From assembly GCA_964486045.1 (NCBI GenBank), contig CAZALK010000027.1:1-38147 (forward strand): a stretch of DNA of 38,147 nucleotides. The letters run 5' to 3'. The translations under genes and the position numbers were made by a program. Below the pieces are notes generated by a model that was not told where the DNA came from, searched no databases, and saw only the letters and a program-made list of their open reading frames with translations. The stretch comes from an uncultured archaeon. Lineage in GTDB: Archaea > Asgardarchaeota > Lokiarchaeia > Sigyniarchaeales > SOKP01. This document shows, piece by piece, positions 36,385-38,147 of the stretch (the first letter of the stretch is position 1; every line of letters begins with the position of its first letter).

Positions 36385-37095
36385 ATGCGGATTCTTAAAT
36401 ATGAATCAAGGTTTAATGCGGGGGAAATTTTAGCAGAATTTATAAAAAGCGAAAATAAGTCTATTAGAGAAAGGATTAAGGGAGATAGCAAACAATTCTT
36501 TTGCTTTGCAATACCAAATGGGGGGGTTCCTGTAACTGAAGGCTTTTGCTCCCAATTCAACCTGAATTATGATATATTAATTGTTCGAAAAATTAAAATA
36601 CCCAATAATACTGAAGCGGGTTTTGGTTCAATTACCACAGATGGAACTATTTTATTTAATAAGCAACTTTTATCACGTTTAAATTTATCTGAACAAGCAG
36701 TCAATGATTCTATAGATTTAACTAAAAAGGAGATTAAAGAAAGATTAAGGTTTTATAAAAAGGAGCATGATTTAGAAGATTTTTATAACCAGACCATTAA
36801 AAATAAATATTTATTTATTCTCGACGACGGTTTAGCTTCAGGATTTACCATGCTAGCAGCAATTAATATGATTAAAAAATATTGTCCTACAAAGATATTT
36901 ATTGCTGTTCCGACAGCACCTTTAAGAACTATTAATAATGTTAAATCTGAAGTTGATGAAGTTTTTTGTCCGAACGTTAGAGATGTAATGTGGTTTGCAG
37001 TTGCTGACGCCTATAAGAATTGGTATGATGTTCCAGAATCAGAAGTATTGGAAATTATTACCAAATCAAATTATTACAATTCTGTAATAAAATGA
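36385..37095 (+). CDS. Phosphoribosyltransferase family protein
   Basis: AIPNGGVP, VRKI..P.N.EAGFG, ILDDGLASGFT PRPP-binding loop, AVP. Confidence 0.9.
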   Translation: MRILKYESRFNAGEILAEFIKSENKSIRERIKGDSKQFFCFAIPNGGVPVTEGFCSQFNLNYDILIVRKIKIPNNTEAGFGSITTDGTILFNKQLLSRLNLSEQAVNDSIDLTKKEIKERLRFYKKEHDLEDFYNQTIKNKYLFILDDGLASGFTMLAAINMIKKYCPTKIFIAVPTAPLRTINNVKSEVDEVFCPNVRDVMWFAVADAYKNWYDVPESEVLEIITKSNYYNSVIK

Positions 37096-37141
37096 TATAT
37101 AGAGCTATAATACTAAAAGAAAAGTAAAAAAAAATAGGAAA

Positions 37142-37417
37142 TTATGCGCTCAGCAAACGGAATAAGATGGAAGCATGAGGAATGTAAAATTCGTCCTTTT
37201 TCTTGATCACAACGGTATGGAAATATTCCGCAAGACCAAGAAACCCTCGGATTACTGACTCATCTTCCTCGAATCTGAAAATTACTGTAGCGATTGAAGC
37301 TCCCGGATTGAAATTGACTTTATCATAAACCCGCTCATCTATCAATGGGATTTTAAGCTCGTTGACGATTTCATACACCCGCTTAATAAAAAGTTCTCGT
37401 TTTGGTATTTTGAACAC
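37142..37417 (-). CDS. Hypothetical protein (91 aa)
   Basis: GTG start overlapping a TAGGTG motif; globular composition; visibly higher GC than the flanks. Confidence 0.7.
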   Translation of the reverse strand: MFKIPKRELFIKRVYEIVNELKIPLIDERVYDKVNFNPGASIATVIFRFEEDESVIRGFLGLAEYFHTVVIKKKDEFYIPHASILFRLLSA

Positions 37418-37841
37418 CTATTTTATATTTATTTCAATTCTGAAGAATTTTTTGAAGGATTGAATTTTTTATAATTTTTAAACTTACTAATAAAATATAT
37501 TATATAATATTATAGTTTAAGTTTTTTAATAATTAACGTTTTTATAACAATTGCGAAATTGTTTAGTACTCAAATACACTAAAGGTTGGAATGAAAATAA
37601 AAAAACTAATATTTGACTTTCTCTCTTTTTATCTCTGAATATCACACGTTCAATACTAAACCTACATAATTTTTTATAATTGAACAATTATAATGCAATC
37701 ATAAGAAAAAAATTTTACACAATTACCAAGAGTGAATTAAGAAAAAAGTCTATTATATATATAGATATTAATATAATTAAAATACTAATTAATAATAATT
37801 TTAAACATAGTTACAATATAATCAGAGGAATTGAGTAGGAC

Positions 37842-38147
37842 GTGGTCTCAAAAGAACAAAAAAAGATCGAGCGCGTAATAAATTTTATGAAAAAAGGTTT
37901 GACTAGCCTTGCTGATGATCTAGGAGAAACAGTTAAAGGAATTAATGACTTTATTAAATCTTTATCTAAAGCTCAAAAGGATTTGAAAGAAATAGATGTT
38001 GCAGAAGAAGTAAAAACCGTGAGTACCTCCTCGAAAAAGATTGTCGCAGCAGCTACAGGTACAGTAAAAACCGCAGCAGCTAGCACTTTGTTCTCACTAT
38101 TAAGCGGGAGTGGTGATAGTCAAGCAGCAGCCGCTCCAGCAGCCGCA
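37842..38147 (+). CDS. Partial hypothetical protein (N-terminal helical/coiled-coil region followed by an Ala-rich linker), truncated by the window end
   Basis: Open frame from GTG 37842: MVSKEQKKIERVINFMKKGLTSLADDLG...SQAAAAPAAA; GAGG and AGGA upstream; absent from the ORF track because no stop lies in the window. Confidence 0.8.
   Translation, partial: MVSKEQKKIERVINFMKKGLTSLADDLGETVKGINDFIKSLSKAQKDLKEIDVAEEVKTVSTSSKKIVAAATGTVKTAAASTLFSLLSGSGDSQAAAAPAAA

Noticed and set aside
1435-36560. Short antisense ORFs in the track (e.g. 1435-1701, 2053-2253, 5660-5851, 7767-8006, 13387-13653, 18182-18454, 28668-28904, 34620-35867, 36375-36560)
   Set aside because: They overlap well-supported genes on the opposite strand and lack motifs; shadow ORFs

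Overview
AT-rich (roughly 30% GC by eye) archaeal chromosomal segment, most likely from Lokiarchaeia (Asgard archaea). The support is a Loki-CTERM-like IPGY-TM-KKK sorting tail, a large surface protein ending in a cytoplasmic longin-like module, TFB paralogs and BRE-TATA promoters. It holds about 30 CDSs: threonine catabolism (kbl/tdh) plus an HDAC-family deacetylase, an orphan histidine kinase, DUF362, an LLM oxidoreductase, two tandem GNATs, two P-type ATPases flanking a C-GCAxxG-C-C gene, TFB and a divergent TFB-like gene, AOR, a Mesh1-like HD protein, endonuclease IV, a tandem-duplicated membrane-protein cassette, a SET protein, a metallophosphoesterase, an ABC-2-like permease and a PRTase. 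No rRNA, tRNA, CRISPR array or transposase was seen. The most striking observation is that both P-type ATPases have a SERCA-like (P2A) cytoplasmic engine, but the TM4 PEGL motif is replaced by PIN[IL], resembling the PISL of eukaryotic P4 lipid flippases, and the TM6 N/T/D ligands are lost. This suggests a pump subfamily with a non-canonical substrate. All calls come from reading motifs by eye; no searches were run.
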